A stretch of 64,000 nucleotides of DNA, taken from the NCBI GenBank assembly GCA_003559855.1, contig PWJZ01000004.1:30695-94694 (forward strand), written 5' to 3'. The stretch is from Bacteroidales bacterium (GTDB lineage Bacteria; Bacteroidota; Bacteroidia; Bacteroidales; UBA7960). A model generated the notes under the pieces. That model made no database searches and was not told where the DNA came from. It saw only the letters and a program-made list of their open reading frames with translations. Made by a program: the position numbers and the translations under genes. Positions within the stretch are counted from its first letter, which is position 1. Every line of letters starts with the position of its first letter. Of this stretch, positions 50,452 through 60,191 are shown piece by piece.

Positions 50452-51672
50452 ATGAAAAATAAGAAGTTCAATAATCATAAAATTACCCCGGAAAATCCGA
50501 AATGGGATAATTGTATAAAGAGATATGATCATTTATACGATCGCACTGATGATATACGAAGTGAATTTAACCGTGATTATAACCGGATACTGCACTCTCA
50601 ATTGTATAGACGGTTGCGTCATAAGACACAGGTTTTTTTCGCAACCAAAAACGACCATATCTGCACCCGCATGGAACATGTAAATCATGTTGCTTCCGTA
50701 AGCTATACCATAGCCAATAATCTGGGTTTTAATACTGAGCTTACCAATGCAATAGCCATCGGTCATGATCTGGGACACCCGCCATTCGGTCATGAAGGTG
50801 AATCTATTCTGAACAAACTTTCGCTTGATTATGCAGGTCAGAAGTTCTGGCACGAAGGAAACGGCATTTATGTATGTGATAATATTGGCACATTGCCCAG
50901 CCCCGAAGGATTTCAACAAAACCTCAACCTGACATACGGAGTAAGAGACGGTATAGTATCACACTGTGGCGAAATAGATGAAAACCACATAAAACCGCGA
51001 AACGAATATATAGAACTTTACGGTATGGACAGACCAAGCCAGTATCAACCCTATACATGGGAAGCATGCGTGGTGAAAATTTCGGATAAAATATCATTCC
51101 TCGGCAGGGATATCGAAGATGCTATCGAATTAAGGCTGCTTGACAAAAAGCAACTGCTTAAACTAAGAACACTAATACATGATTTTGCAAATATCCATAC
51201 CCTCAACAATACCATCCTGATGCATAACCTTATTACAGACCTATGCAGCAACAGCAGCCCCGAAAAAGGCCTTGTCCTGTCGGAAGATCACCTTAAGCTT
51301 ATGAACGCTGTTAAGGAATTCAATCATGAAAATATTTACAATCACCCACGGCTTTTATATTATAAAAAATATTCAAGCCTGATAATCAACACCTTGTTTG
51401 AAACACTCGGTAATATGTATGATCAGAATAACCTTGATTCAATACTAAAAAATATTACTAATATTTTCCCCGAACTTGCCCGATCATTTCATTCGTGGCT
51501 TATTAAATTCAGCAACCTTGATCTGAAGGAACATAAGAGAAAAAAACTTAAAAACAAGATAATTTACGATATCCGTTCGAAGAAAGACTACAACAAAAGC
51601 ATTATTGATTTCATTGCAGGAATGACCGATAATTATGCAATAAAAATGTACCACGAAATAATATCGTTCTGA
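50452..51672 (+). CDS. dGTP triphosphohydrolase-like HD-domain protein
   Basis: 406 aa with the HD motif region TRMEHVNHVASV...GHDLGHPPFGH. The overall pattern is that of dGTPase family type 2/3 proteins. Confidence 0.75.
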   Translation: MKNKKFNNHKITPENPKWDNCIKRYDHLYDRTDDIRSEFNRDYNRILHSQLYRRLRHKTQVFFATKNDHICTRMEHVNHVASVSYTIANNLGFNTELTNAIAIGHDLGHPPFGHEGESILNKLSLDYAGQKFWHEGNGIYVCDNIGTLPSPEGFQQNLNLTYGVRDGIVSHCGEIDENHIKPRNEYIELYGMDRPSQYQPYTWEACVVKISDKISFLGRDIEDAIELRLLDKKQLLKLRTLIHDFANIHTLNNTILMHNLITDLCSNSSPEKGLVLSEDHLKLMNAVKEFNHENIYNHPRLLYYKKYSSLIINTLFETLGNMYDQNNLDSILKNITNIFPELARSFHSWLIKFSNLDLKEHKRKKLKNKIIYDIRSKKDYNKSIIDFIAGMTDNYAIKMYHEIISF

Positions 51673-51951
51673 TGTATCAGATGTGTTTTTCTTTTAAACC
51701 TTAAGGCTGGCGTATCCGGTGGCAGAAATATATCCGATGGGGCTTGCCCGGGATTTTGTTGTTAGAGTCTTCCGGCATATTGTTTTGTTATCGAAACCTT
51801 CATTATTGCTATTGTTAATTGTATGTGTTTTTTGCTTTCATAAGGATTGTAAATTACATTTGATGTCGTAAAATTGAATAAAATGTATAATTTTACATCC
51901 GGAATTTCAGGTTTTTTTTAAGGTACTTATCATTTTAATTCTACTTAGAAG

Positions 51952-53271
51952 ATGCTTGAACAGATAATTTTTATCCTGGCCTTCATATCTGCATTGGGCT
52001 TGTTTATTTTCAGGCTTTACCGGATATACAGGTATATAAGAACCGCCAGACCTTTAAAGTTCAAATTCAGGTCAAAAAGGATAACCCGGATACTAAAACT
52101 GGCTATTGCCCAGTCAAAAATATTCAACAACCCTCTTGTCGGCATTCTTCATGCATTTATTTTCTGGGGTTTTATCATTATAAATATTGAGATGCTGGAG
52201 ATAGTCATTGACGGTGTTTTTGGCACTCACAGGTCGATGGCATTTTTGGGCGGCATATATCCCTTGCTGTTATCGGTTTTTGAAGTATTTGCCGTGGCAG
52301 TTATTATTGCATGCGTTATCTTTTTATTCCGCAGAAACGTTATAAAGCTGAAACGTTTCTGGAATAAAGAGATGACCACCTGGCCAAGGACTGACGCCAA
52401 TATTATTCTTATTATCGAAATACTGCTTATGTGTTCAATCCTTACCGTAAACGCTGCCGATTCTGTTCTGGCATCAAGAGATCATCCCCACTATCCTGAT
52501 GTTGGCAAGTTTTTGATAACCGGTCTTATTCAACCGCTGTTTTCAGGTATGACAGACAGCAGTCTTGTTTTTCTTGAACGCTTTGCATGGTGGTTTCACA
52601 TTATAGGTGTACTGATATTTATGAATTATATTACATTTTCAAAACACCTTCACATTTTTTTCTCATTCTTTAATATATACTTTTCAAGGTTTGAGCCTTC
52701 CGGGAAGATGATGAACATGCCTTCCGTAACCAATGAAGTGAAGTTAATGCTGAATCCTTCGGCGGAAGCACCGCCTTCATCTACCGAGGCTCCGGCCGGC
52801 TTGTTTGGAGCAAAGGATATCCGCGACCTTTATTGGAAGAATCTGTTGGACGCCTTTTCCTGTGCCGAGTGCGGCAGATGTACGGCGGCTTGTCCTGCCA
52901 ATATTACCGGCAAAAAGCTCTCCCCGAGAAAGATCATCATGGATTTACGCGACAGGGTCGAAGAGATTGGCAGCAAGCTGCTTAAGCAAGAAAAGAACTT
53001 TGATGACGGAAATGACCTGCTAAGCAGGATCAACACCGAGGAATTATGGGCATGTACCACCTGTAATGCATGTATAGAAGAATGCCCCGTTAAAATAGAC
53101 CCCTTAGCCGTGATCCTGGAACTTCGCAGATATTTGGTGCTTGAAAAAGGCCTGGCTCCGGGTCAGTTAAATGCAATGTTTGCCAATATCGAAAATAACG
53201 GAGCCCCCTGGCAATATTCTGCCGAAGACAGGCTCCTGTGGACTGAAAATTTAAGTTTTAAATCGAAATAA
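51952..53271 (+). CDS. Membrane-bound Fe-S protein: N-terminal polytopic (NarI/DsrM-like) domain plus 2x[4Fe-4S] ferredoxin domain
   Basis: 439 aa with about 5-6 TM helices in the first 240 aa. These are followed by CAECGRCTAACP and CTTCNACIEECP. Confidence 0.7.
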   Translation: MLEQIIFILAFISALGLFIFRLYRIYRYIRTARPLKFKFRSKRITRILKLAIAQSKIFNNPLVGILHAFIFWGFIIINIEMLEIVIDGVFGTHRSMAFLGGIYPLLLSVFEVFAVAVIIACVIFLFRRNVIKLKRFWNKEMTTWPRTDANIILIIEILLMCSILTVNAADSVLASRDHPHYPDVGKFLITGLIQPLFSGMTDSSLVFLERFAWWFHIIGVLIFMNYITFSKHLHIFFSFFNIYFSRFEPSGKMMNMPSVTNEVKLMLNPSAEAPPSSTEAPAGLFGAKDIRDLYWKNLLDAFSCAECGRCTAACPANITGKKLSPRKIIMDLRDRVEEIGSKLLKQEKNFDDGNDLLSRINTEELWACTTCNACIEECPVKIDPLAVILELRRYLVLEKGLAPGQLNAMFANIENNGAPWQYSAEDRLLWTENLSFKSK

Positions 53272-53273
53272 AA

Positions 53274-54068
53274 ATGGAACATAGCCCGTTAAAAGTACCT
53301 GTAATGGTTGATCTGCATAAGGAGGGCAAAACCCCCGAATATCTCTTTTGGGTTGGCTGTGCCGGTGCATATGACGACAGATATAAAAAGGTTACAAGAG
53401 CCTTTACAAAAATATTGTTGCATCTGAAAGTTGATTTCGGCATATTGGGCAATGAAGAGAGATGCACAGGCGACCCTGCGCGCAGGGCAGGAAATGAAAT
53501 GCTATTTCAGATGATGGCTCTTAACAATATTGAAATCTTAAATTCGTATAACGTAAAAAAAATAATAACAATTTGCCCTCATTGCTATAATGTTTTTAAA
53601 AACGAATACCCCGAATTAGGAGGAAGTTATGAAGTCATTCATCATACACAGTTTCTCAGGCAGATGATCGAGAAGAAAAAGATAACTGTTAAAAACAATG
53701 ACAATGTCAATAAGCTGATCACCTATCATGACCCCTGTTATATGGGAAGGGCCAACGAAGAATATGAATGTGCAAGAGAGATCATCAGGGAGTTGGGGGC
53801 AGATCTGGCAGAGATGAGAAGAAACAGAAGATCTGCCTTATGCTGTGGCGCCGGCGGAGGGCAGATGTTTAAGGAGGCAGAAAAAGGAGATAAAGAAATA
53901 TTTATTGAAAGAACAGAAGAAGCCCTGGAAACAAAAGCAGGTATAATAGCTTCTTCCTGCCCGTTTTGCATGACAATGCTCACTGACGGATTAAAGTATA
54001 AAAACAGGGAGGAAGAGATATTCAACTATGATGTTGCCGAATTACTGGCAAATTCCATGGGTCTTTAA
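53274..54068 (+). CDS. Cysteine-rich CCG-domain protein (HdrD/GlpC/DsrK-like Fe-S subunit)
   Basis: 264 aa with two CCG-type domains. The first is ...ERCTGDP...ICPHCYN. The second is DPCYMGR...ALCCGAGGG...SSCPFCMT. It starts 2 nt after the preceding gene. Confidence 0.7.
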   Translation: MEHSPLKVPVMVDLHKEGKTPEYLFWVGCAGAYDDRYKKVTRAFTKILLHLKVDFGILGNEERCTGDPARRAGNEMLFQMMALNNIEILNSYNVKKIITICPHCYNVFKNEYPELGGSYEVIHHTQFLRQMIEKKKITVKNNDNVNKLITYHDPCYMGRANEEYECAREIIRELGADLAEMRRNRRSALCCGAGGGQMFKEAEKGDKEIFIERTEEALETKAGIIASSCPFCMTMLTDGLKYKNREEEIFNYDVAELLANSMGL

Positions 54069-54113
54069 TAACAGGATTTTTAATAACTTAAATTCATCAC
54101 CAAAACAGCCTTT

Positions 54114-55187
54114 ATGCAACATTTAATTCTTTGTTTAAAAACAGCATCAAAAACAACAAGATTATCGGTTCATTCAAACCGGGAACAGATTTTCATGAAT
54201 ACCGTAAGACACTCTTCCGAAGAGCTGTCTAAATTCAGATCGCCACGCGAGCAATATGATTTCAGGAAGAAAATAGTTCTTGATGAATTGAAGAAAGCTG
54301 ATATCGATGTAAATGATATAGCTATCATTGTTTGCAAGGGTGGTGTAATAAAACCCATGACCGGCGGCATTTACCGCGTAAATAAAGCAATGCTGGATGA
54401 TATTTTGCATCCAATGGCTGAGCATGAATCTAATCTGGCTGCATTAATTGCAGAGAATATTGCCAGGCAGTCAACACAGGATATCGAAGCTGTTATTGCC
54501 GACCCTGCCTGTGTTGATGAGATGGACGAGGTGGCAAAATTATCAGGCTTACCCGAAATAACCAGGAGAAGCATTATGCATACATTAAGCCAGAGAACGG
54601 TAGCAAGCGATTATGCAAAAGCAATGGGAAAGAGTTATGATTCTGTCAATGTTATTGTTGCTCACCTGGGTTCAGGGATTTCTGTCGGAGCTCATTGTAA
54701 GGGACAAATAATAGATGTAAACAACGGGCTTAATGGCGACGGGCCAATGTCGCCTGCACGAACCGGCAGTTTGCCTGTAGGACAGTTGATTGATCTATGC
54801 TATTCGGGCAAATATTCCAGGGAAGATATGTTGTTTAAAATATACAGGGATGGAGGAATGAAAGCATATCTGGGCACAAGCGATTCTGTTGCCGTTGAAA
54901 AAAGAGTATTGGCAGGTGACAAAGAGGCTGAACTGATATATAAGGGAATAGCATACCAGGTAGCAAAAGAGATAGGTGCTTTGAGCACGGTCTTAATGGG
55001 TGAAGTCGAAGGCATCCTTATTACAGGTGGTCTCGCTCACAGCCACTTTATTGTCAGCGAAATCATGAAAAGAGTAAAACACCTCGGAAATGTGACCACA
55101 TATCCCGGCGACAACGAAATGCATGCCCTGGCATTGAACGGTTATATGGTCCTTTTAGGAGAAACGAAAGTGAAGGAATATGCTTGA
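54114..55187 (+). CDS. buk: Butyrate kinase homologue (ASKHA family) with degenerate N-terminal phosphate-1 motif
   Basis: 357 aa with strong similarity along most of the length to the Buk pattern (RHS.EEL..F, DPACVDEMDEVAKLSG, VAHLGSGISVGAH, DVNNGLNGDGPMSPARTG, ITGGLAH). The usual INPGSTSTK is replaced by CLKTASKTTR. Confidence 0.75.
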   Translation: MQHLILCLKTASKTTRLSVHSNREQIFMNTVRHSSEELSKFRSPREQYDFRKKIVLDELKKADIDVNDIAIIVCKGGVIKPMTGGIYRVNKAMLDDILHPMAEHESNLAALIAENIARQSTQDIEAVIADPACVDEMDEVAKLSGLPEITRRSIMHTLSQRTVASDYAKAMGKSYDSVNVIVAHLGSGISVGAHCKGQIIDVNNGLNGDGPMSPARTGSLPVGQLIDLCYSGKYSREDMLFKIYRDGGMKAYLGTSDSVAVEKRVLAGDKEAELIYKGIAYQVAKEIGALSTVLMGEVEGILITGGLAHSHFIVSEIMKRVKHLGNVTTYPGDNEMHALALNGYMVLLGETKVKEYA

Positions 55188-55224
55188 TTGGTTGATGTGG
55201 TGATGTGATGATGTGATGATTGGT
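55185..55224. repeat. Five tandem octamers TGATKKGD that start with the buk stop codon
   Basis: The units are TGATTGGT TGATGTGG TGATGTGA TGATGTGA TGATTGGT. Confidence 0.75.
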
Positions 55225-55326
55225 CGATTAATCCATAAAGGCTCTCAGAAGCTCTCTATGTAATTCCTTCCGGGAAAGATCTGAAAAATTACAGAATTTG
55301 TAAAACCTAAAACATAAGATTTTACC

Positions 55327-56037
55327 ATGCCAGATATTGATAAAAGGCGACTTGTGATTGACTTTATTCACCGTCTTTTCATGCACCATGCTTTCTGGTT
55401 CATGGAAGTCAGTGAAAAATTCGGAAATGAGAGGGCTTTTAAAATAATTGAAAAAGTCTTTGAAACAAGTTCTCAGATTCAGTTGAAAAGGCTTTCAAAA
55501 GTACTAGACTTTAAGGTTGAAGACGGCATTCCTTCTTTATTTCACAACATGAGTGATCAGGAAGTTAAAAAGCTGATTGAAACTATTGCTGTAAACTGGC
55601 TTGCCAATGATGGTGTGTGGTTTCAGGCGGTTGAGAGTTCTTACAGTATGGCTGACGCCAAACATTGCAATGACCTTTGCTGGGGTCGTTTCTCACCCTT
55701 CGAAGCCAGGGTGATCCGCAGACATCTTCAGTTGGTTGAAAAGCCAGGTCTTGATGGATTGAAGCAGGCTTTACAATACAGGTTATATGCATTTATCAAT
55801 AAGCAGGAAATCGTTGAAGAAAGAGAGGACAGTTTTGTGTTCAGGATGAATGACTGCCGGGTTCAATCGGCCAGGAAACGCCGCAATCTTGACGAATATC
55901 CCTGCAAATCCGCAGGCATTATTGAATACACAACATTCGCCGAAACTATTGACGGCGATATCAAGACCGAATGTGTCGCCTGCCCGCCCGACAAACACCC
56001 CGATAACTGGTATTGTGCATGGAGGTTTTATAGGTAG
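55327..56037 (+). CDS. Hypothetical cytoplasmic protein with C-terminal Cys cluster (possibly DUF6125-like)
   Basis: 236-aa ORF. Conserved-looking Cys residues are present (CRVQ...CKSAG...CVACPPD...YCAW). The family assignment is from memory only. Confidence 0.45.
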   Translation: MPDIDKRRLVIDFIHRLFMHHAFWFMEVSEKFGNERAFKIIEKVFETSSQIQLKRLSKVLDFKVEDGIPSLFHNMSDQEVKKLIETIAVNWLANDGVWFQAVESSYSMADAKHCNDLCWGRFSPFEARVIRRHLQLVEKPGLDGLKQALQYRLYAFINKQEIVEEREDSFVFRMNDCRVQSARKRRNLDEYPCKSAGIIEYTTFAETIDGDIKTECVACPPDKHPDNWYCAWRFYR

Positions 56038-56154
56038 TTGAAATTAGTCAGTCGTAAGATATAAGATAAGTGTACCAACAAATTAATTTTGCAACATTTT
56101 AAATGAAATTACAAAAAACAAATAACAAAAAACAAATAATTTTCAATATCAAAA

Positions 56155-56482
56155 TTCGGTTAATTCTTTTTTTTGAGATGCTAAGTGTTTTTTATTATTT
56201 TTATTCCTTGCAAAAACCGCAAAATTAAATACACGCAAAAATCGCAAAGACAGTGACAGAAAATGAAATATCTTATAAAGTAATTGGTGCAGCAATAGAT
56301 ATACATAAAAGTATTGGTCCTGGGTTGTTAGAGTCAGCTTATGAAAATGCTTTAGCTTATGATCTGAAAATATTCATAGATTAGTTAACAACCTATAAAC
56401 TTTGCGCACTTTTGCGTTTAAACATTTTGCGTGCTTTGCGTGGAACTTTTTCTCATAGCACCTCAAAAAAAGAATTAACCGA
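56155..56482. mobile_element. Inverted-repeat-flanked cassette (MITE-like) carrying a truncated GxxExxY gene
   Basis: The outer inverted repeat is TTCGGTTAATTCTTTTTTTTGAGATGCTAAGTG (56155-56187) against the reverse complement of CTCATAGCACCTCAAAAAAAGAATTAACCGAA (56452-56482). Inner arms are rich in CGCAAA / TTTGCG units (56206-56254 against 56397-56446). Confidence 0.55.
56253..56384 (+). pseudogene. Truncated GxxExxY-family (PD-(D/E)XK-like) gene fragment
   Basis: A GTG-initiated frame reads (M)[42 protein letters not shown]. This is 43 codons, against about 120-130 aa for intact family members as I recall them. The family name motif is visible (GLLESAY). Confidence 0.6.
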
Positions 56483-56540
56483 AATGTTCTTTCTTCCAAA
56501 TCGTAAACAGGTCTTTTTTAAAAAATTTTTCACTCGTCAC

Positions 56541-59500
56541 CTACATATTTCTCCTGTATTGCCCGCCAACATCATATAATGCCTGTGTCAACTGGCCTAT
56601 AGAGCAAAACTTCGAAGCTTCCATTATGTTTTCAAAAATATTTTCATTTCTCAAGACAGTTTTTGTCAGTTTCTCCTTTATTTTTTTCTGTTTATCGCTA
56701 TGAAACTTATGTAGCAGCTCCAGGGTTTTTAACTGGTGTTGCTTTTCTTCTACTGTTGACCGTATGACTTCACCCGGAATAATTGTCGGAGAGCCGTCTG
56801 ATGAAAGATATGTATTTACACCTATTACCGGAAGTTCACCGGTATGCTTAAGGTGTTCATAGTATAATGATTCGTCTTGTATTTTATTTCTCTGGTAAGC
56901 AGTTTCCATTGCTCCCAGCACTCCTCCCCTTTCCGATATCCTGTCAAACTCGGTCAAAACGGCTTCTTCTATAAGTTCGGTAAGCTCTTCAATTATAAAC
57001 GACCCTTGTAGCGGGTTCTGATTTTTTGCCAGCCCAAGCTCTTTGCTTATTATCAATTGAATTGCCATTGCCCGGCGAACAGATTCTTCGGTCGGAGTAG
57101 TTATCGCTTCGTCGTATGCATTTGTATGCAGAGAATTACAATTATCATATATTGCGTATAATGCCTGCAAGGTAGTGCGAATATCATTAAATCCGATCTC
57201 CTGGGCATGAAGTGAGCGCCCGGATGTTTGTATGTGATATTTCAACTGCTGCGAACGGGCATTGCCGCCGTATTTATGCTTTATCGCTTTAGCCCATATT
57301 GACCTGGCTACACGACCTATTACCGAAAATTCAATATCTATGCTGTTAGAAAAGAAAAACGACAGGTTGGGAGCAAATTTGTTAATATCCATTCCCCTCG
57401 AAAGATAGTATTCAACATAGGTAAACCCGTTTGCAAGAGTGAAAGCCAGCTGGGAGATAGGATTTGCACCGGCTTCTGCAATATGATAGCCTGAAATTGA
57501 CACCGAATAAAAATTCCTTACTTTATTATCGATGAAATACTCCTGAATATCACCCATAAGCTTAAGTGAAAAGTCCGTTGAAAAAATACATGTATTTTGC
57601 CCCTGGTCTTCTTTAAGAATGTCAGCCTGTACGGTACCTCTCACAACGTTTAATGTATTTGCCTTTATTTTTTCATAAACCTCTTTGGGCAAAACCTGGT
57701 CGCCTGTCAAGCCAAGCAGCATAAGCCCCAAACCATCATTACCATCGGGCAGATCTCCTTTATATCGTGGTCTCTCCATGCCTTTTGCCGCGTATATTTC
57801 TTCAATCTTTTTCTCTGCCTCTGCTTCAAGTCCGTTTTCTTTAATATATATTTCACATTGCTGGTCAATAGCTGTATTCAGGAAATATCCCACCATTATC
57901 GGAGCAGGACCGTTGATAGTCATAGAAACTGATGTAGCCGGGTGTGCAAGATTAAATCCGGAATAAAGCTTTTTGGCATCATCAAGGCAGCATACGGAAA
58001 CGCCCGAATTACCAATTTTACCGTAAATATCTGATCTTTTGCCGGGATCATTACCATACAAAGTAACCGAATCAAATGCCGTTGACAACCGTTTTGCCGG
58101 CATATCTTTCGATAAGTAATGAAAACGCTTGTTTGTCCTTTCAGGACAACCTTCTCCCGCAAACATTCTCGTCGGGTCTTCACCCTCGCGCTTAAACGGA
58201 AACACACCCGCCACGTAAGGAAATTCCCCGGGTACATTCTCCTTTAAATTCCACTTCAAAATATCCCCCCAACCCTTATATTTAGGCAGTGAAATTTTAG
58301 GAATCTCAAGATGCGACAAGGTGGTGGTATGGGTCTTTACTTTGATCTCTTTATCCCTGACCTTGAAAACATAATAATCGTCTTTATAAGATTTTACTTT
58401 CTTTTCCCAGTTTTCCAGTATTTTTTTATTATCACCATCAAGCTTTTCCGCCAGCTTTTCATATCTTTTTTCAAGATCATCTATCAATACAACATTGTCA
58501 CTGTTATTTTCTGCCTGCAAAGATTCTATTGACTGCCTCAGGCAATACATTTTCTGAGCCACTTCACCCTGCTCGCCGGCCCATTTATTGTAATTTCCAA
58601 TTGTTTCGGATATTTCCGCAAGATATCGCACCCTTTTAGGCGGTATTATGTGAATCTTATCTGGCATTTCACCTTTAAACTTCATTGAAGATTTGAATCC
58701 TGCCGACAGTTTTTCGTTCAGCTTGCTGATAACGTCATTATAAAACTGATTCACGCCCGGGTCATTAAATTGCGAAGCAATAGTTCCGTAAACCGGCATT
58801 TCTTCAACAGGTTTTTCGAACAACTGATGATTACGTTGAAACTGTTTTTTCACATCCCTCAGTGCGTCCAATCCTCCGCGCTTATCAAACTTGTTTAACG
58901 CAATGATCTCCGCAAATTCCAGCATATCAATTTTTTCAAGCTGTGATGGTGCACCATATTCAGGAGTCATTACATAAAGGCTCAGGTCGCTATGGTCAAC
59001 TATTTGGGTGTCGGACTGCCCGATACCTGATGTTTCCAATATGACAAGGTCGAAACCTGAGATTTTAAAAAGATTTATTACATGTTTAATATGTTTGGAT
59101 AATGTGAGATTGGATTGCCTCGTTGCCATAGAACGTACAAACACCCGCGAATTATTTATGGCATTCATTCTGATCCTGTCGCCAAGCAGCGCCCCGCCTG
59201 TCTTGCGTTTTGTAGGATCAACGCATATAATGGCAATGTGTTTGCCGGGAAAATCCATTAAAAACCTCCTTGTAAATTCATCAACCAGGGATGATTTTCC
59301 GGAACCGCCTGTTCCTGTTATACCTAAAACAGGTATTTTTAACTTTGCAGCCCTTAAATCCAGGTGCTTTATTATTTGCTGATTTTCAACGGGAAAATTT
59401 TCCAGGGATGAAATGATCTGCGAAATTAATTTGTGATCTTTTTTTTCAACATCCTCCAAAGATATTTCGGCATTATTGCCCCTCGGAAAATCGGACTTTT

Positions 59501-59921
59501 TCAACAGATCATTTATCATGCCCTGCAAGCCCATTTTTCTGCCATCGTCGGGCGAATATATTCTTGCTATACCATAGTCATGCAGCTCTTCAGCCTCTTC
59601 GGGAAGTATAACACCGCCGCCTCCGCCAAATATCCTGACATCTTCCATACCCTTTTTCTTTAACATATCGTACATGTATTTGAAAAACTCAATATGCCCT
59701 CCCTGGTATGAAGTAACAGCTATAGCCTGAACATTTTCCTGAACCGCACAATCAACAATTTCCTGAACCGAACGATTATGCCCTAAATGAATTACTTCTG
59801 CACCGGTTGACTGAATTACTCTTCGCATTATATTGATCGACGCATCATGCCCGTCAAACAAAGAAGTAGCGGTTACAATACGAATGTGATTTTTTGGCTT
59901 ATATGAAGGTTTTTTAAGCAT
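56541..59921 (-). CDS. icmF: Fused isobutyryl-CoA mutase (B12-binding domain + MeaB-like GTPase + mutase catalytic domain)
   Basis: 1126 aa. The N-terminal B12 domain reads [15 protein letters not shown]. The central P-loop GTPase has [13 protein letters not shown]. The C-terminal acyl-CoA mutase barrel has [30 protein letters not shown]. Confidence 0.9.
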   Translation of the reverse strand: MLKKPSYKPKNHIRIVTATSLFDGHDASINIMRRVIQSTGAEVIHLGHNRSVQEIVDCAVQENVQAIAVTSYQGGHIEFFKYMYDMLKKKGMEDVRIFGGGGGVILPEEAEELHDYGIARIYSPDDGRKMGLQGMINDLLKKSDFPRGNNAEISLEDVEKKDHKLISQIISSLENFPVENQQIIKHLDLRAAKLKIPVLGITGTGGSGKSSLVDEFTRRFLMDFPGKHIAIICVDPTKRKTGGALLGDRIRMNAINNSRVFVRSMATRQSNLTLSKHIKHVINLFKISGFDLVILETSGIGQSDTQIVDHSDLSLYVMTPEYGAPSQLEKIDMLEFAEIIALNKFDKRGGLDALRDVKKQFQRNHQLFEKPVEEMPVYGTIASQFNDPGVNQFYNDVISKLNEKLSAGFKSSMKFKGEMPDKIHIIPPKRVRYLAEISETIGNYNKWAGEQGEVAQKMYCLRQSIESLQAENNSDNVVLIDDLEKRYEKLAEKLDGDNKKILENWEKKVKSYKDDYYVFKVRDKEIKVKTHTTTLSHLEIPKISLPKYKGWGDILKWNLKENVPGEFPYVAGVFPFKREGEDPTRMFAGEGCPERTNKRFHYLSKDMPAKRLSTAFDSVTLYGNDPGKRSDIYGKIGNSGVSVCCLDDAKKLYSGFNLAHPATSVSMTINGPAPIMVGYFLNTAIDQQCEIYIKENGLEAEAEKKIEEIYAAKGMERPRYKGDLPDGNDGLGLMLLGLTGDQVLPKEVYEKIKANTLNVVRGTVQADILKEDQGQNTCIFSTDFSLKLMGDIQEYFIDNKVRNFYSVSISGYHIAEAGANPISQLAFTLANGFTYVEYYLSRGMDINKFAPNLSFFFSNSIDIEFSVIGRVARSIWAKAIKHKYGGNARSQQLKYHIQTSGRSLHAQEIGFNDIRTTLQALYAIYDNCNSLHTNAYDEAITTPTEESVRRAMAIQLIISKELGLAKNQNPLQGSFIIEELTELIEEAVLTEFDRISERGGVLGAMETAYQRNKIQDESLYYEHLKHTGELPVIGVNTYLSSDGSPTIIPGEVIRSTVEEKQHQLKTLELLHKFHSDKQKKIKEKLTKTVLRNENIFENIMEASKFCSIGQLTQALYDVGGQYRRNM

Positions 59922-60117
59922 AAGACCATATTTTTGAAATTTTTATCAAAATTATAAAAAGAATAATACTTAATAAATGTTTGTACAAATTCGTGTTAAA
60001 ATATTTATCGAAGATAAGGAACAAATACCGTTTTTACAGTTCGTCTGAGTTTTATACTGTCATTTTCGGACCTTTTTAAGCCATCGAAGCAAATTAATTA
60101 ACATTATTAATTTTTTT

Positions 60118-60125
60118 TATATTTG
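60118..60125 (+). promoter_or_regulatory. Candidate -7 promoter box TATATTTG upstream of the MCC-beta gene
   Basis: It is an exact match to the Bacteroides TAnnTTTG -7 consensus, about 65 nt upstream of the proposed TTG start at 60192. No clear -33 TTTG is present. Confidence 0.25.
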
Positions 60126-60191
60126 CAACCTGTCGTTTCATTGTTATTACCGGTCAGTAAAAAAATTTTAATCATTAAAAACTTTATCACC

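Noticed and set aside
51793-51804. GAAACCTTCATT, a 12/12 match to the 5' arm of leader copy B, upstream of the Fe-S membrane protein gene
   Set aside because: A 12-mer match is well within chance expectation. I could not find a convincing complementary 3' arm, block 1 or block 2 nearby.
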